Source of the DNA: an uncultured Armatimonadia bacterium
GTDB taxonomy: Bacteria; Armatimonadota; Zipacnadia; CAVVLO01
Direction: 5' to 3'
Assembly: GCA_963749155.1 (NCBI GenBank)
Contig: CAVVLO010000002.1
Coordinates: 1,088,001 to 1,152,000 of the forward strand
Length of the DNA stretch: 64,000 nucleotides
The notes under the pieces are model-generated. The model saw only the letters and a program-made list of their open reading frames with translations. It ran no database searches and was not told where the DNA came from. The position numbers and the translations under genes were made by a program. The stretch's first letter is position 1, and each line of letters starts with the position of its first letter. Positions 63,492 through 64,000 of the stretch are shown here, piece after piece.

Positions 63492-64000
63492 TTACTTAAG
63501 GATGAAGTCTTCTGGATCCTGAGCGGAATGTTCCGACAGAACAGGTTTTTGGTCGCTGGCGGAACCAGACCGGTAATTGAACGCGGTCAGGCTAGTTTCC
63601 TCCAACCGTTTATTGAAAAGACGCAAGTCAATACCAACAGGACAAGCCCGCGAGCAGGCGCCACAGTCTACACACCGGCCCGCAAGGTGAAGGGCGCGCA
63701 GTATATGATAGACGTGGTTGTCAGATGGCTCACTCGCATTGCGCACATAGACAGGGCTCTTGCAGCCTGCGAAGCACTCATCACAGTAACACAGTGGGCA
63801 AGCATTACGACAGGCATAGCAACGCAGGCAACGTTCGGCGATTGACTCGAAGAGCTGCCAGCGATCTTGAGCAGGGAGAGCCTCTACAGCGGCGATTTGC
63901 GAAAATTCTTCGGCAACCGGCTCGTAGGCGGGGCCTTCGAGCACGTGATCAGCTTCAGGGGAAGTGCGCAGATTGCACTCGCGGCAGTTGTTCTGCCAGA
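63492..64000 (-). CDS. 4Fe-4S dicluster protein, Flx/FdhB-like subunit (5' truncated by the window edge)
   Basis: CLRCYACRNACPLCYCDECF and RALHLAGRCVDCGACSRACP motifs. Confidence 0.75.
   Translation of the reverse strand, partial: WQNNCRECNLRTSPEADHVLEGPAYEPVAEEFSQIAAVEALPAQDRWQLFESIAERCLRCYACRNACPLCYCDECFAGCKSPVYVRNASEPSDNHVYHILRALHLAGRCVDCGACSRACPVGIDLRLFNKRLEETSLTAFNYRSGSASDQKPVLSEHSAQDPEDFILK

Overview
A GC-rich, densely coding bacterial chromosome segment, apparently from an anaerobe (class III ribonucleotide reductase, Fe-S/Flx-type redox genes) and probably diderm (GT9 heptosyltransferase-like gene). I found no rRNA, tRNA, CRISPR array, transposase or prophage. Plus strand, 1-35.7 kb: two tandem uvrA units, a methyltransferase, an SIS sugar isomerase, an M20 peptidase, larA, leuCD, der-plsY-gpsA-HU, a radical-SAM pair with LipS2/LipS1 lipoyl-synthase motifs, a PqqD-like protein plus ABC transporter, trmFO-xerC-hslVU, a ~1,700-aa GH99-like secreted protein, an SSB-like gene, a thioesterase, an acyl-CoA ligase and nrdR-nrdD with NrdR boxes. 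Minus strand, 35.9-55.5 kb: an operon of nuclease lipoprotein, NYN-like RNase, MazG, LemA and five TPM-domain paralogues with Zn ribbons, then a UroD-family gene, a GH2 gene and a surface-glycan glycosyltransferase cluster. secDF follows on the plus strand. The window ends with a minus-strand operon of Flx-like Fe-S protein, GcvH/LbpA-like lipoyl carrier, GlcD, GlcF-like protein and lipoate ligase. About 16 frameshifts split otherwise intact genes, and all are in the +1 direction, which points to assembly indel errors rather than pseudogenes. The best candidates for new biology are (i) the lipoyl-carrier-linked hydroxyacid dehydrogenase/Flx operon with its LipS1/S2 maturation genes, possibly fused, (ii) the LemA-TPM-Zn-ribbon paralogue array behind three nucleic-acid enzymes, and (iii) a three-way-junction RNA candidate after nrdD. 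All family assignments come from motif recognition by eye, not database searches.
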